From the sequence record MN781580: DNA of 64,000 nucleotides. One strand, given 5' to 3'. Position 1 is the first letter of the stretch. Each line of letters opens with the position of its first letter. Both the position numbers and the translations under genes were made by a program. This stretch comes from Shigella phage KRT47. This document shows, in pieces, positions 9,649-18,992 of this stretch. The notes under the pieces were generated by a model. That model was not told where the DNA came from, searched no databases, and was given only the letters and a program-made list of their open reading frames with translations.

Positions 9649-10968
9649 TCACACATAAAACACATCATAACGACCACGAGTGACACCAACATAAAGAAGC
9701 TGCTGAGCCAATTCAGCATCTGCATAATGAATACAAGGCGTATAGATGAAAGCACGGTCTACAGACATACCCTGAGCTTTATGGAATGTTGATGCAGGAA
9801 GTGCTTTCACTTTACTAAACTGTGATTTAGCATCCCAAAAATCACTCCACGGAGCTTTTCCGCCTTTGTTCCAATTTTTATAAGTTTCTGCCGTTTTACC
9901 TAAAAATAGGTTAAACTTATATAGCTCTTCATCAGATGAAATTATTTTAATCTTTTCACGATAATATTCATCATCGCCGTAAGTTTCTACTGTTAAATCC
10001 CAATGACGAATTAGATATTCTCCAGAAATACCGCGAGCTTTAACAAACGTTGATGTATACTCTGCTTCTATAATACGAACTAATTGTCCGTTATTAAAAA
10101 TAATTTCTGACACAGGCTTTCCATCAATTTTATATGTTTTAATTAATGGTTCCTGCATTACAATAATTTCACCAACGATAAAATCTTTATCAGTTTCAAA
10201 AATCTTTTTGCGAATAATGCTATTTAACTTGTCGACAGATTTATTCGTAAATGCCATTACGCGATTTTCAAACAAATCATCTAGTGATTTGACGATTGAA
10301 AAATAATTTACCATAAAATCGCGTAAAGCGGTATCACCAGTAAATCCACGTACTCCATGCCCGTCAACAACTTTATCATAAATCCACTTACCGTTGCGAA
10401 CATCAGTAGCTACATCAATAATAGGAGCATTACTGCGTTTAACTTCAGTAAGTTCACACTGATAAAAATCTTTGTGTGTAAAGAATGGACTGATATAAGC
10501 AGTATTTTCTCCTGGATCAACAGGTCTAATTTGCTTATTATCACCTATTCCAATTATAGTACACCAAGGTGGAATAGTTGAAAGCAGAATTTTAAATAGC
10601 TTTCTATCATACATTGACACTTCGTCGCAGATTAATACCCTGCATTTAGCTAAATCTGGTACTTCCTTCTGTTCAAAAAGAACGTTTTCTTCATACGTAA
10701 CTGGGTTAATTTTAAGAATACTGTGAATAGTACTTGCTTCTTTCCCCGACAGTTTTGAAAGAATCTTTTTAGCTGCATGTGTAGGAGCTGCCAAAATGAT
10801 ACCAGTTTCGCCTGTTGATATTAAAGCTTCAATGATGAACTTAGTAAGAGTAGTCTTACCGGTACCAGCAGGTCCATTAATAGTTACATGATGTTTCTTT
10901 TCTTTAATAGCCTTCATAACAATGTTAAAGGCATTTTTCTGGCCTTCGGTCAAATCATCAAATGTCAT
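9649..10968 (-). CDS. dda: Dda DNA helicase (SF1), 439 aa
   Basis: Walker A GPAGTGKT, Walker B-like LICDEVSM; length matches T4 Dda. Confidence 0.9.
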   Translation of the reverse strand: MTFDDLTEGQKNAFNIVMKAIKEKKHHVTINGPAGTGKTTLTKFIIEALISTGETGIILAAPTHAAKKILSKLSGKEASTIHSILKINPVTYEENVLFEQKEVPDLAKCRVLICDEVSMYDRKLFKILLSTIPPWCTIIGIGDNKQIRPVDPGENTAYISPFFTHKDFYQCELTEVKRSNAPIIDVATDVRNGKWIYDKVVDGHGVRGFTGDTALRDFMVNYFSIVKSLDDLFENRVMAFTNKSVDKLNSIIRKKIFETDKDFIVGEIIVMQEPLIKTYKIDGKPVSEIIFNNGQLVRIIEAEYTSTFVKARGISGEYLIRHWDLTVETYGDDEYYREKIKIISSDEELYKFNLFLGKTAETYKNWNKGGKAPWSDFWDAKSQFSKVKALPASTFHKAQGMSVDRAFIYTPCIHYADAELAQQLLYVGVTRGRYDVFYV

Positions 10969-11276
10969 CGGAAAGTCCCTGCAATTGGAATACTAACAAT
11001 ACGCCCAGTATCTAAAATTCGCTGATATAATCTTTGTGTGTCTACGTCAGGCTTAACATGTTTAACTTCTATTTTATTAAACCAAAACTTGCGTGGAGTC
11101 TCAATTAGTCTTGGAATTCCCATACCTAAAGCTAGTTTATATTGGTCTTTGAGAGTAGTAAAAACTCTATCAGCAATATCTCTTTCAAAAAACACAGCAG
11201 GACGATGTTCATCAAGTGGAACTGGCGCCGTAAATCCGTCTTTGTCTCGGTAAACTATCGCATATACATAAACCAT
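10965..11276 (-). CDS. Hypothetical protein, 103 aa (dda.1 position)
   Basis: ATG at 11274-11276; ATGA overlap with the dda start. Confidence 0.55.
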   Translation of the reverse strand: MVYVYAIVYRDKDGFTAPVPLDEHRPAVFFERDIADRVFTTLKDQYKLALGMGIPRLIETPRKFWFNKIEVKHVKPDVDTQRLYQRILDTGRIVSIPIAGTFR

Positions 11277-11277
11277 A

Positions 11278-12024
11278 TTATCCTCGGATAAGTTTAAAAA
11301 TTGAACAATTTAGCGGGTATCCTCTTTTCAGTTTAAGTTTATCAATAAAAGACAAGTTTTGATACCGCTCTACACCTTGAATAATTTTATCACACATATC
11401 ATATTGCATTTCTGCTTCTGACAACTTTTTCACAATTTTCCAATCCGAGCCTTTAAGAAGAACGTTCAGTTTAACAACTTCAGCGCCTTCTGCTATGCGA
11501 GAACCATCAATACGAGCTTTAAGTGCTATAATCCTTAGCTTAATGTCAGAGGTCTGTTTTGATTTAGAAAGCTGAGAAATGTGTTCAATTCGGTTTTCAC
11601 GTTTTTTCTGTATAGCTTTAATTTGATTATAAGTCTTTTTGATTTTAGCCCATTTCTTTTCATCTAAATTTAGTTTATGAACTTTTTTCGCAGATGAACG
11701 ACCAATTCGCAAAGCAAATAAATCACGCTTTTCAATCAACTCTTCTAAAGTATAATCAGAACGAAATGTATTATACTTTTTCTTTACTGCAATAACATTC
11801 CCTTTAATGTATCCAATGTTATTATCAAAACGTTCTAATGATAATTTCTCTCCTTCAATACGATTATCAAAAGGTTCTCCCGAGTAAGCGCAAACTTTCT
11901 GATCTAAAATGTTCTTAATGTAATTGAAGTCTAAGTTAAAATCTTTAGAACGTCTTTTTGCAGATGCCTGAGTATGCTCTAAACGACGTTTAATTTTACG
12001 AATTTGATTATTAGACAGTTTCAT
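11278..12024 (-). CDS. Basic protein, 248 aa, with degenerate HNH-like segment (srd-like size and position)
   Basis: ATG at 12022-12024; CAYSGEPFD...LERFDNNIGYIKGNVIAV resembles an HNH core lacking the catalytic His. Confidence 0.55.
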   Translation of the reverse strand: MKLSNNQIRKIKRRLEHTQASAKRRSKDFNLDFNYIKNILDQKVCAYSGEPFDNRIEGEKLSLERFDNNIGYIKGNVIAVKKKYNTFRSDYTLEELIEKRDLFALRIGRSSAKKVHKLNLDEKKWAKIKKTYNQIKAIQKKRENRIEHISQLSKSKQTSDIKLRIIALKARIDGSRIAEGAEVVKLNVLLKGSDWKIVKKLSEAEMQYDMCDKIIQGVERYQNLSFIDKLKLKRGYPLNCSIFKLIRG

Positions 12025-12059
12025 ATTTTTCTCACATCTTACGGACGATTGACTACTAT

Positions 12060-12089
12060 ACTATAACATTTTTACTTTAACTTGTAAAC
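12060..12089 (-). promoter_or_regulatory. Early promoter (-35 GTTTAC, -10 TATAGT)
   Basis: Minus-strand GTTTAC at 12084-12089 and TATAGT at 12060-12065. Confidence 0.5.
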
Positions 12090-12146
12090 AACTTTATGTA
12101 AAAATGCTTTAAAAATTTCATGGTATAATGAATCTAAGTCCTTCCA

Positions 12147-12749
12147 TTATAGATTAAATCCTTCAAAATCAAGAGTATAGATAGTGTATGTTGAATACTT
12201 TTTGTACTCATATCTATCTGCAATTCTAAATACACTTCCAGCTGGTATCATTACTTCTTGTTCATCTGAAACTAATTCCATATTACGATAACGATGGCTA
12301 TCCGGAAACTTAAAGTTTGGATTGTATTCTTTACAGCGTAGAGCTTTTATAGCATACTCCTGGAAATTGAATACCATAGGAGCTTTGAATTCAAAAATAA
12401 CTTGTGTGTTATACTCTAAACCGGAAGCAAAATGTAGAGCTATATTTTTATCATATGAAGCTGATACTACTTTATCAAATGTAATAATATCAATTCCTTG
12501 ATTTAATATTTGTTTAGTCTCAACTGGAACACCTCTCCAAAGAGGTTTATCGTTTGGAACCAAACGAGATTTGATTATTTCATTTAACCAAGTATGGTCA
12601 TCTGGTTTGTTGGTAATACAATGAATTAAAAGTTCAATTTCAGATAAATTAAACCCTTCAGAAAGTAATTCTTCACGAATAGAAGCACGCACCGATGCAT
12701 CCATTGATTTTATTTTAAAATCTTTTAGTTGCATTACTGAGTATTTCAT
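12147..12749 (-). CDS. modA: ADP-ribosyltransferase ModA, 200 aa
   Basis: R / STNR-like / EQE (R-S-EXE type) motifs; 200 aa as T4 ModA. Confidence 0.75.
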   Translation of the reverse strand: MKYSVMQLKDFKIKSMDASVRASIREELLSEGFNLSEIELLIHCITNKPDDHTWLNEIIKSRLVPNDKPLWRGVPVETKQILNQGIDIITFDKVVSASYDKNIALHFASGLEYNTQVIFEFKAPMVFNFQEYAIKALRCKEYNPNFKFPDSHRYRNMELVSDEQEVMIPAGSVFRIADRYEYKKYSTYTIYTLDFEGFNL

Positions 12750-13369
12750 TCAATTACCTCAATATCATAAACTTTAAATGTTCCAAATGAATCGTGTAAT
12801 TTTTCTTTTGAAATAGAAGTTATTTTATACTTTCCAATTGGAATCATCCATTCTTGTTCATGTACAATCATCATTAAGTTATCAGTTCTTTCTGAATCTA
12901 ACCCATCAGTATCTTCATACGTGTACTTAAACTCAGTGTTAGGAGAAGAAAGTATAATATCGCTGATATGGTCAGAATAATTAAAAGCTTTATCAGTTTT
13001 TAAACGAAGTATTGTTTCAGTGAAATATTCAGCATAAGAAAAAGAACACGCTGTATGCAAACTAGTAGTAAATGAATCTACCCTGTTCGTTGAAAACACT
13101 TCTCCAACTTGTAAATCTTTAATAAGTTCTTTTGTCGATTTTGATATACCACGATATAATTGATAAGGCGATTTAGTTAAATGCTTTTTAATGATTTTAT
13201 TCAACTGCCTATGAATAGCTTCATTCTTTTTGGCTTCCATACATTGCCAAAGAACAGACTGCTCAAAGTCAGTAAATTTTTCACAGACTTTTTTATACAT
13301 ATCATATTGAAAATCAACGCTTTCAGCTTTTATAGATAACTGTTCAACATCTGCAGGATTAATAATCAT
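12746..13369 (-). CDS. modB: ADP-ribosyltransferase ModB, 207 aa
   Basis: LYRG, STNRV and EQEW motifs; ATG at 13367-13369 with GGAGG SD; ATGA overlap with modA. Confidence 0.75.
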   Translation of the reverse strand: MIINPADVEQLSIKAESVDFQYDMYKKVCEKFTDFEQSVLWQCMEAKKNEAIHRQLNKIIKKHLTKSPYQLYRGISKSTKELIKDLQVGEVFSTNRVDSFTTSLHTACSFSYAEYFTETILRLKTDKAFNYSDHISDIILSSPNTEFKYTYEDTDGLDSERTDNLMMIVHEQEWMIPIGKYKITSISKEKLHDSFGTFKVYDIEVIE

Positions 13370-13395
13370 GATAGCCTCCGTATACTTCAGAAGCT

Positions 13396-13425
13396 ATCAT
13401 ATCATCGTTAGAAAGGAAAGTAAAC
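13396..13425 (-). promoter_or_regulatory. Early promoter (-35 GTTTAC, -10 TATGAT)
   Basis: Minus-strand GTTTAC at 13420-13425, 18-nt spacer. Confidence 0.5.
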
Positions 13426-13436
13426 AACTTTTTGAA

Positions 13437-13619
13437 TTATTTTGCCCAGGGAGCCCAAGGCGGAGGGTCAAGATGGTATGAAGCTAGTTCTTCTAGAAGA
13501 GCATCTGGGGCTTCAATTCCATAATTCTGTAATACTATACGGTACTCTTTCTTATAATCACTAGAATCATTCTGGTTATTCGTAGAATGATTATCTTCTA
13601 ACATCTCAAATAAATCCAT
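13437..13619 (-). CDS. Small hypothetical protein, 60 aa
   Basis: ATG at 13617-13619. Confidence 0.45.
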   Translation of the reverse strand: MDLFEMLEDNHSTNNQNDSSDYKKEYRIVLQNYGIEAPDALLEELASYHLDPPPWAPWAK

Positions 13620-13627
13620 ATTAATTC

Positions 13628-14098
13628 CTAGCGATAAAAACCAAAGTGACGATTAGCTTCAACAATCTTTCTTTCTTCTTCGGACATTCTCCAGCGTAGT
13701 CCAACATCAAAATGAGCCCAGACCATCTTAACAAATGCATTTATATCTTTAATATCTTCAATAATGAATGTTTTACTTTTAGAAGGTTGACTCGCTAATT
13801 TAACTTTATCGTCTTCAAACATGTCAAAAAGACCATATTCATGAGCTCTTTTATAGCCTTTAATAGTTAAAGCTTCAGAAGAAGAAAATGGTGAATCTGT
13901 ATTCTGCAAAATATCTTCAGTATGCTTTATAATTAGAATAACATTTTCTGGATATTTTCTTTCTTTTATATCTTTAATTAAAATATCCGGATTTTCTGCT
14001 AAAGGAATAATTAACGAGCATTTTTTATCAAGTGTATTTACTGATTTACCTTCTTTAGACATAAATTCTATTGAATATAATTTTGCTACTTCAATCAT
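13628..14098 (-). CDS. Hypothetical protein, 156 aa
   Basis: ATG at 14096-14098 overlapping the stop of the upstream small ORF. Confidence 0.55.
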   Translation of the reverse strand: MIEVAKLYSIEFMSKEGKSVNTLDKKCSLIIPLAENPDILIKDIKERKYPENVILIIKHTEDILQNTDSPFSSSEALTIKGYKRAHEYGLFDMFEDDKVKLASQPSKSKTFIIEDIKDINAFVKMVWAHFDVGLRWRMSEEERKIVEANRHFGFYR

Positions 14099-14255
14099 GT
14101 GATTTCCTCTTGCCTACTAATGGACCATCAGGAATTTTGTTTTCCTGAATGTATTTCTCATTTTCTTCCATCATTTTACTACCGATTTTAAGAAGCAAAT
14201 CTAAGGCTTCATTTGCTTTAGCTTTAGCCTCTTCTAACGTCATGTTCTTGTTCAT
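14091..14255 (-). CDS. Small hypothetical protein, 54 aa (not in ORF track)
   Basis: Hand-translated [25 protein letters not shown]...; ATGA overlap with upstream stop at 14252-14255. Confidence 0.4.
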   Translation of the reverse strand: MNKNMTLEEAKAKANEALDLLLKIGSKMMEENEKYIQENKIPDGPLVGKRKSHD

Positions 14256-14455
14256 GATTTATCCCCATAGATGTCTCTCATCAATTTAAGTGCTGAGCGT
14301 TCTAATTTCTTTTCTTTCTCAGCACTAATCATTGATTTCATCCATTCTTCCGATTCGTTCTGCATTTCTTTATTTGCCTGTTCAACCCAACCATCGTCAA
14401 TATACATTGAGTTTGGTCTATTGAACCATTCAAGCATTTTCTTCAGAACTTTCAT
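14252..14455 (-). CDS. Small hypothetical protein, 67 aa
   Basis: ATG at 14453-14455. Confidence 0.45.
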   Translation of the reverse strand: MKVLKKMLEWFNRPNSMYIDDGWVEQANKEMQNESEEWMKSMISAEKEKKLERSALKLMRDIYGDKS

Positions 14456-14915
14456 TTGTTTTACCTAAAACAATAGTAGGAGCATCGTCAAATTCATGAA
14501 TTTTTAGCAATTTTGGATTTAAATTATTCCATACATAATAAATAAAGTATGATAAAGCATCTTCACTCGCAATTATAAATTTATTTCCTTCATTTATTTT
14601 CCAGTCATATACTGAATCGTACGAATAAAAAGATAAAGGATTACCATTATATTGTTCTGCGCTAACATTAATGTATTCGGATTTAGTAAATGCTTCAATT
14701 GCTCTAAACGGACTATTTGGCACAGTTTCAATAATTCCGATCTTTTTAAGTTTTATTTCAACATCTTCTGGAACTGGCATTGAAACGAAATTTTCTACGA
14801 GATACATAGGGTTACAATAACCCTTATCAATCACTACGGCTACAGTAATTGGAACATCTTTAGCAAACGACATGCTATTACTGCTAATATACATTTCAAA
14901 CAAAATCGCTTCCAT
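14430..14915 (-). CDS. Hypothetical protein, 161 aa
   Basis: ATG at 14913-14915 with GAGGA SD; track start is further upstream. Confidence 0.5.
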   Translation of the reverse strand: MEAILFEMYISSNSMSFAKDVPITVAVVIDKGYCNPMYLVENFVSMPVPEDVEIKLKKIGIIETVPNSPFRAIEAFTKSEYINVSAEQYNGNPLSFYSYDSVYDWKINEGNKFIIASEDALSYFIYYVWNNLNPKLLKIHEFDDAPTIVLGKTNESSEENA

Positions 14916-14923
14916 AATTTTCC

Positions 14924-15418
14924 TCAATCGCAAGATGTAGATGAACAACCAGAATCACAAGAACTTCCACATGAATCACCAGTCCAAGAACTAACAGCCG
15001 TGACTGTTATAATAGGAGCGGTATCGATATAGCTTTCTGAACGTCTTGAATCTAAATGTTCTTTTAACTTTTTAGAATTCAATGGAAGCGCACCTGCACC
15101 AACATTACCAGCTTTTTCTGGTTGACGAATAATTTCTTCCATCGTATCGTCGCTCGCATAAACATTAGTATCATATGAATCAGAACTAGACTGTGTATTA
15201 GATGATGTAGTAGGTGTTGACCAGCGCCAAGGATTTTTATAATATTCTTGGGCTTCTTCATAAGTCATAGTAACTGCTTCTACTGTTCCATCTCCCATAT
15301 AAACATATTCAACTACAGTTAAAGGAAGGTAGTCATTTGAAATAGGAACTACACCTTCTCCGGGAGTTGTAGAGAAAAAATCCGTAAAGAAACTTTTAAA
15401 CCAATTAAAGATAAACAT
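14924..15418 (-). CDS. Hypothetical protein, 164 aa, with Ser/Thr-rich linker and Cys-rich C-terminal tail
   Basis: C-terminus [21 protein letters not shown]; ATG at 15416-15418. Confidence 0.5.
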   Translation of the reverse strand: MFIFNWFKSFFTDFFSTTPGEGVVPISNDYLPLTVVEYVYMGDGTVEAVTMTYEEAQEYYKNPWRWSTPTTSSNTQSSSDSYDTNVYASDDTMEEIIRQPEKAGNVGAGALPLNSKKLKEHLDSRRSESYIDTAPIITVTAVSSWTGDSCGSSCDSGCSSTSCD

Positions 15419-15624
15419 TACAAAAAGCCTCTTTTGAATTCGACTTGCTTTTCACCATAATCATATCGAATCTCTGCATTAAATTCGACAGAACCATCTG
15501 CGTACATCATAAATGAATGCACAACAACTTCTGTAGACCATGGTTGCAATTCATATTTCTTCATTACATGCCGTGAAATGATAATATCTAAATCTTCATT
15601 TGGTTTAATCCAGCGATTTAACAT
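15418..15624 (-). CDS. Small hypothetical protein, 68 aa
   Basis: ATG at 15622-15624 with GAGGAG SD, downstream of an early promoter. Confidence 0.55.
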   Translation of the reverse strand: MLNRWIKPNEDLDIIISRHVMKKYELQPWSTEVVVHSFMMYADGSVEFNAEIRYDYGEKQVEFKRGFL

Positions 15625-15650
15625 AGTGCTCTCCTCTATAAGATAATTCT

Positions 15651-15680
15651 ATTATACCATACTCATTTTGGAAAGTAAAC
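15651..15680 (-). promoter_or_regulatory. Early promoter (-35 GTTTAC, -10 TATAAT)
   Basis: Minus-strand GTTTAC at 15675-15680 and TATAAT at 15651-15656. Confidence 0.6.
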
Positions 15681-15694
15681 CATTTAAATGAAAA

Positions 15695-15714
15695 AGGACT
15701 CCCGAAGGAGTCCT
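15695..15714 (-). terminator. Stem-loop with UUCG tetraloop on minus-strand RNA, directly after soc
   Basis: Plus-strand aggactcc-cgaa-ggagtcct. Confidence 0.55.
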
Positions 15715-15719
15715 TGAAT

Positions 15720-15965
15720 TTATTCACCAGTTACTTTCCACAAATCTTCATTTGCAGCAATCCATTCAGTACGTTGATTTTCTTCATATACTGTAGAATA
15801 TGCTGCTTTTTCTGAAGGGAATGTCTGATAATGAGCACCAGAAATTTTGTGAACGTCAGAATAAAGAGGGAAAGCTACAGAAATTTCCTTTCCTTCAATT
15901 TTCTTATTTCCATCTAATTTCTGCTCAAATGTTTTGATATTAACATAACCGCGAGTACTAGCCAT
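15720..15965 (-). CDS. soc: Small outer capsid protein Soc, 81 aa
   Basis: Sequence MASTRGYVNIKTFEQKLDG... matches T4 Soc as recalled; GGAG SD. Confidence 0.85.
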   Translation of the reverse strand: MASTRGYVNIKTFEQKLDGNKKIEGKEISVAFPLYSDVHKISGAHYQTFPSEKAAYSTVYEENQRTEWIAANEDLWKVTGE

Positions 15966-15981
15966 GTAATTCTCCTTTTAT

Positions 15982-16191
15982 TTAAATTACATGATTATTT
16001 ATAATAAATTCTCGCGGAACGTTAAAATACCCAATTTTAGTTAATATAACAATATCGCCGTTAATAATTACCGGAGAATAATCGGCTGGAGCATTAAATT
16101 TCCAATGGGCTCTAATATTATATCCATCAGAACCAAATGCTCGACTAGCCGGTCTCCCGGCTTTTTGCCATGCATAAAAATCAAATTTCAT
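15982..16191 (-). CDS. Small hypothetical protein, 69 aa
   Basis: ATG at 16189-16191. Confidence 0.45.
   Translation of the reverse strand: MKFDFYAWQKAGRPASRAFGSDGYNIRAHWKFNAPADYSPVIINGDIVILTKIGYFNVPREFIINNHVI
15996..16003 (-). promoter_or_regulatory. Late promoter box TATAAATA upstream of soc
   Basis: Plus-strand tatttata about 31 nt upstream of the soc ATG. Confidence 0.5.
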
Positions 16192-16382
16192 TTTGAATGC
16201 TCTATAATTAATTTTAAGGCTTCTTCACTGACAAAAATTTCGTCAGGACCTTCTATAACTTCAACCATACGAAGTTGATTAGTTAAGAGCTCACATACGA
16301 GCTCCTTGTTATAATCTTTAAATAGCTGGTCAATACGTTTCTTATGGGCTTTCTTGAGCTGACGCTTATTTAAACGAGCCAT
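16188..16382 (-). CDS. Small basic hypothetical protein, 64 aa
   Basis: ATG at 16380-16382, TAATG overlap with gene 56 stop. Confidence 0.45.
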   Translation of the reverse strand: MARLNKRQLKKAHKKRIDQLFKDYNKELVCELLTNQLRMVEVIEGPDEIFVSEEALKLIIEHSK

Positions 16383-16900
16383 TAATAACCTCGGTCTTGA
16401 CGAGCGAAGTTTTCAGCATTTTTCAGGTAATAAAGTTTAAATATTTCTTCAGCTGACATTCCAAGAGCAATAAATTTATTCATGAAAAAGTGAAATTGGT
16501 CAATCAGTTCAAATTTAATTTCAAGCTGATCTTCAGGAGATAAATCTTGAATTTTCTTGGATTGCATTTCAGAATAACGTTTCTTCCAAGGTTTCCATAC
16601 AGCAGAAGCTTCTTTTTCACCATTACTCATACCACCAAGAGAAGTATATAGCTCGCGAGTTTCATCTGCGATATAATCGTCTTGGTTTCGCAACCAAGCA
16701 AGAACTTCTCCTGCAGTTTCAAGTGAATCAGGATGACGATTTGTTTCTGGTTTATCATTAGCCAAACGAATCTGTAAATGCCGCTGCATGTCAAGCATAA
16801 CCTGCAGTGGGTCAATATTGTGCATAATATTCTCAGCATATGCACGATTTGCTTTATCAACACCTTCGATCAAATGAGCACATTCATTAAAGTAAGCCAT
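16382..16900 (-). CDS. 56: dCTPase / dCTP pyrophosphatase (MazG-like), about 172 aa
   Basis: MAYFNECAHLIEGVDKA... matches T4 gp56 N-terminus as recalled; ATG at 16898-16900 with AAAGGA SD; track ORF extends further upstream. Confidence 0.8.
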   Translation of the reverse strand: MAYFNECAHLIEGVDKANRAYAENIMHNIDPLQVMLDMQRHLQIRLANDKPETNRHPDSLETAGEVLAWLRNQDDYIADETRELYTSLGGMSNGEKEASAVWKPWKKRYSEMQSKKIQDLSPEDQLEIKFELIDQFHFFMNKFIALGMSAEEIFKLYYLKNAENFARQDRGY

Positions 16901-16934
16901 TATTTTTCCTTTCAATTCATGGGTTAGTAGATTA

Positions 16935-16958
16935 ATTATACAATAAATATATAAAGCA
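16935..16958 (-). promoter_or_regulatory. Possible MotA-dependent middle promoter for gene 56
   Basis: Minus-strand TGCTTTA (plus taaagca, 16952-16958) about 11 nt upstream of TATAAT (16935-16940). Confidence 0.3.
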
Positions 16959-16971
16959 ATAAGGAGGACAT

Positions 16972-17172
16972 ATGGTACAAAAATTAATGGCACTTGTTAA
17001 TGCCATCAAAGGTAATAAAAAGCGTATAGCTTTTACTATTTCTGCTATGGTAGGAATTTTACTCTGGAACTTTATTTTATCACCTGTTGCAATTGCACAT
17101 GGTATTAATATTCCAGTAGTTACTCTTGATACATTCGTAGATTTAGCATTTGCTTTAGTTGGGTTAATTTAA
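16972..17172 (+). CDS. Small hydrophobic protein, 66 aa, on the plus strand
   Basis: AAGGAGG SD 4 nt before ATG at 16972; hydrophobic segments; stop overlaps gene 61 stop (convergent). Confidence 0.5.
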   Translation: MVQKLMALVNAIKGNKKRIAFTISAMVGILLWNFILSPVAIAHGINIPVVTLDTFVDLAFALVGLI

Positions 17173-18197
17173 ATCTTAGCATATTTAGATAGCCGCATTT
17201 TAGCCATCAACCCCTGGGCAATATTATTTTTCATATATTCCATAATTTGTTCAGGGGTTGCACCTTCCTTTCTAATCATATCATTAACATCTTTTGATTT
17301 CCAGGGAGATTTATCCCAAAACATAACCCTTTCTCCTGCATCAACTAATTTAGTCATTCGCTTAATAGTGTCAGGATGACGAGGTTCATTATCTAAAACC
17401 CACACACGTCTATCTTTAAATGGAACAACTTCTAGGTCTAATTGACCACCCGTAATAGCTATACCATTTTCAATAAAAAGTGAATCTATAGGTCCTTCTA
17501 GAACATATACATCACCATCTTTAACTCGTTCGACTCCATAGATTTTTGTTGCTTCAGGATAAGCTTTGATGGTGATATATTTTTGGGGAGCATCTTTCTT
17601 TAATGCACGTCCTTGAAAAGACTCAGCTTTTCCATTAGCATTATAAATTGGAATAACAAGACGAGGCTCAGGTATTTCCTTTTTATATGTTCCCGGTGCT
17701 ATGCTATTAACTAATTTAGGCCATTCAGTTGTAAACCAAAGATATTTCCATTTATCCTTTGGAATACAACGAGCTTTTACATATTTTATAATTGCATGGT
17801 CTTCCGCCAGTTTATCTAATCGAACACATGACGGAAGAGATTTAATTATTTTCTTCTCAGGTTGTTTAGGAAGTTCTTTAGGTTTTTCTACTGGACGACT
17901 TTTACCTTTTTCTTTTCTTATTTCAAAGATATACTCACGATATAAATCAGGTTCAAACTCCTTTAAATATATTCCGATTGGTGCATGATAGTTACAGTTA
18001 TAACAATGAATATTTCCTTCATTATTATCACCATAATACCATCCACGAGCTTTATTCTGGTCGGTTTTTGAATCTCCACAAACAGGACATCTAAACCGTA
18101 ATTTAAAAGTTGAACTATTATTTACTTGTGTGAATTTAGGTAAATGAGCTAATGCACGGTATGCAAACTCATTATCAATCCAAGGTATTGATGACAT
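17169..18197 (-). CDS. 61: DNA primase, 342 aa
   Basis: N-terminal zinc-binding CPVCGD...CYNC and TOPRIM-like core; size matches T4 gp61. Confidence 0.9.
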   Translation of the reverse strand: MSSIPWIDNEFAYRALAHLPKFTQVNNSSTFKLRFRCPVCGDSKTDQNKARGWYYGDNNEGNIHCYNCNYHAPIGIYLKEFEPDLYREYIFEIRKEKGKSRPVEKPKELPKQPEKKIIKSLPSCVRLDKLAEDHAIIKYVKARCIPKDKWKYLWFTTEWPKLVNSIAPGTYKKEIPEPRLVIPIYNANGKAESFQGRALKKDAPQKYITIKAYPEATKIYGVERVKDGDVYVLEGPIDSLFIENGIAITGGQLDLEVVPFKDRRVWVLDNEPRHPDTIKRMTKLVDAGERVMFWDKSPWKSKDVNDMIRKEGATPEQIMEYMKNNIAQGLMAKMRLSKYAKI

Positions 18198-18199
18198 TT

Positions 18200-18364
18200 T
18201 TACTCTTCTTTTTCTTTAGATTCCTCTTTTTTCTTTTTAGGAATCTGTTCAGGGCCTTTATTTACTACAGCGCCTGACGTTGTTCCAGTAGAGATATTTT
18301 CAGGATTACCACCTGAATCTCCAGCGACCATATCTTCTTTGATAAATTCTTTATATGTTTTCAT
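18200..18364 (-). CDS. Small protein, 54 aa, with capsid-targeting-sequence-like N-terminus MKTYKEFIKE (not in ORF track)
   Basis: Hand-translated; GAGGT SD; N-terminus parallels the MKTY(Q/K)EFI(A/T)E start of the two internal-protein genes at 61845-62652. Confidence 0.5.
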   Translation of the reverse strand: MKTYKEFIKEDMVAGDSGGNPENISTGTTSGAVVNKGPEQIPKKKKEESKEKEE

Positions 18365-18365
18365 A

Positions 18366-18992
18366 TTAACCTCTATTCATAAAAGCATTAAAAATTTGGT
18401 CATCAATAGAAACATTTACTTTAGACTGTTTTTCAGATGGCAATTCATATCCACATATTACAATTTTATGATCAATATTAAAATACACAGAAGCAATATG
18501 ATTAATGATATTTTCAGTGAAGTCTAAATCGACATCAATATCTTTTTGACCAAAGCCCAAAGGATAAATAATGCGAGTAATTCGATTATCTTTAACAAAG
18601 ATTCCACCGACATACTCTGTACTGCGTTTAAAGTCTACACGCCGACGAAATGAAAAATATTCAGGCTCTCTATGAGCTCGGCTCATAGGACACAACGAGT
18701 AACTAGAATAAGAGATGTCAAATCCTACGCCTTCGATATGAGCCAAAGTGTTATGATTAAACCAATTATAATCGTACGCCAAATCCATTAGATTATAATA
18801 TGTAAAAGGCACCGGATTAACATCATTAGTCACAAGCATATAATTAGCAACTGCTATAATTTCATTGTTTTTAACGAATACAAACCGTGATTGATGCGAA
18901 TGACCTGGACCCGCGTTTTCACGATTAATGATATAACACTGGGCACCTTTATATTTGTATGTATCTTTGCACTTGTGCATTTGATAGAGCAT
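18366..18992 (-). CDS. Hypothetical protein, 208 aa
   Basis: ATG at 18990-18992, overlapping stop of the upstream gene. Confidence 0.55.
   Translation of the reverse strand: MLYQMHKCKDTYKYKGAQCYIINRENAGPGHSHQSRFVFVKNNEIIAVANYMLVTNDVNPVPFTYYNLMDLAYDYNWFNHNTLAHIEGVGFDISYSSYSLCPMSRAHREPEYFSFRRRVDFKRSTEYVGGIFVKDNRITRIIYPLGFGQKDIDVDLDFTENIINHIASVYFNIDHKIVICGYELPSEKQSKVNVSIDDQIFNAFMNRG

Noticed and set aside
16901-16993. N-terminal 31-residue extension of the gene 56 ORF in the track
   Set aside because: The AAAGGA SD and ATG at 16898-16900 give a protein starting MAYFNECAHL, matching the dCTPase family; the extension is hydrophobic read-through of the upstream region.
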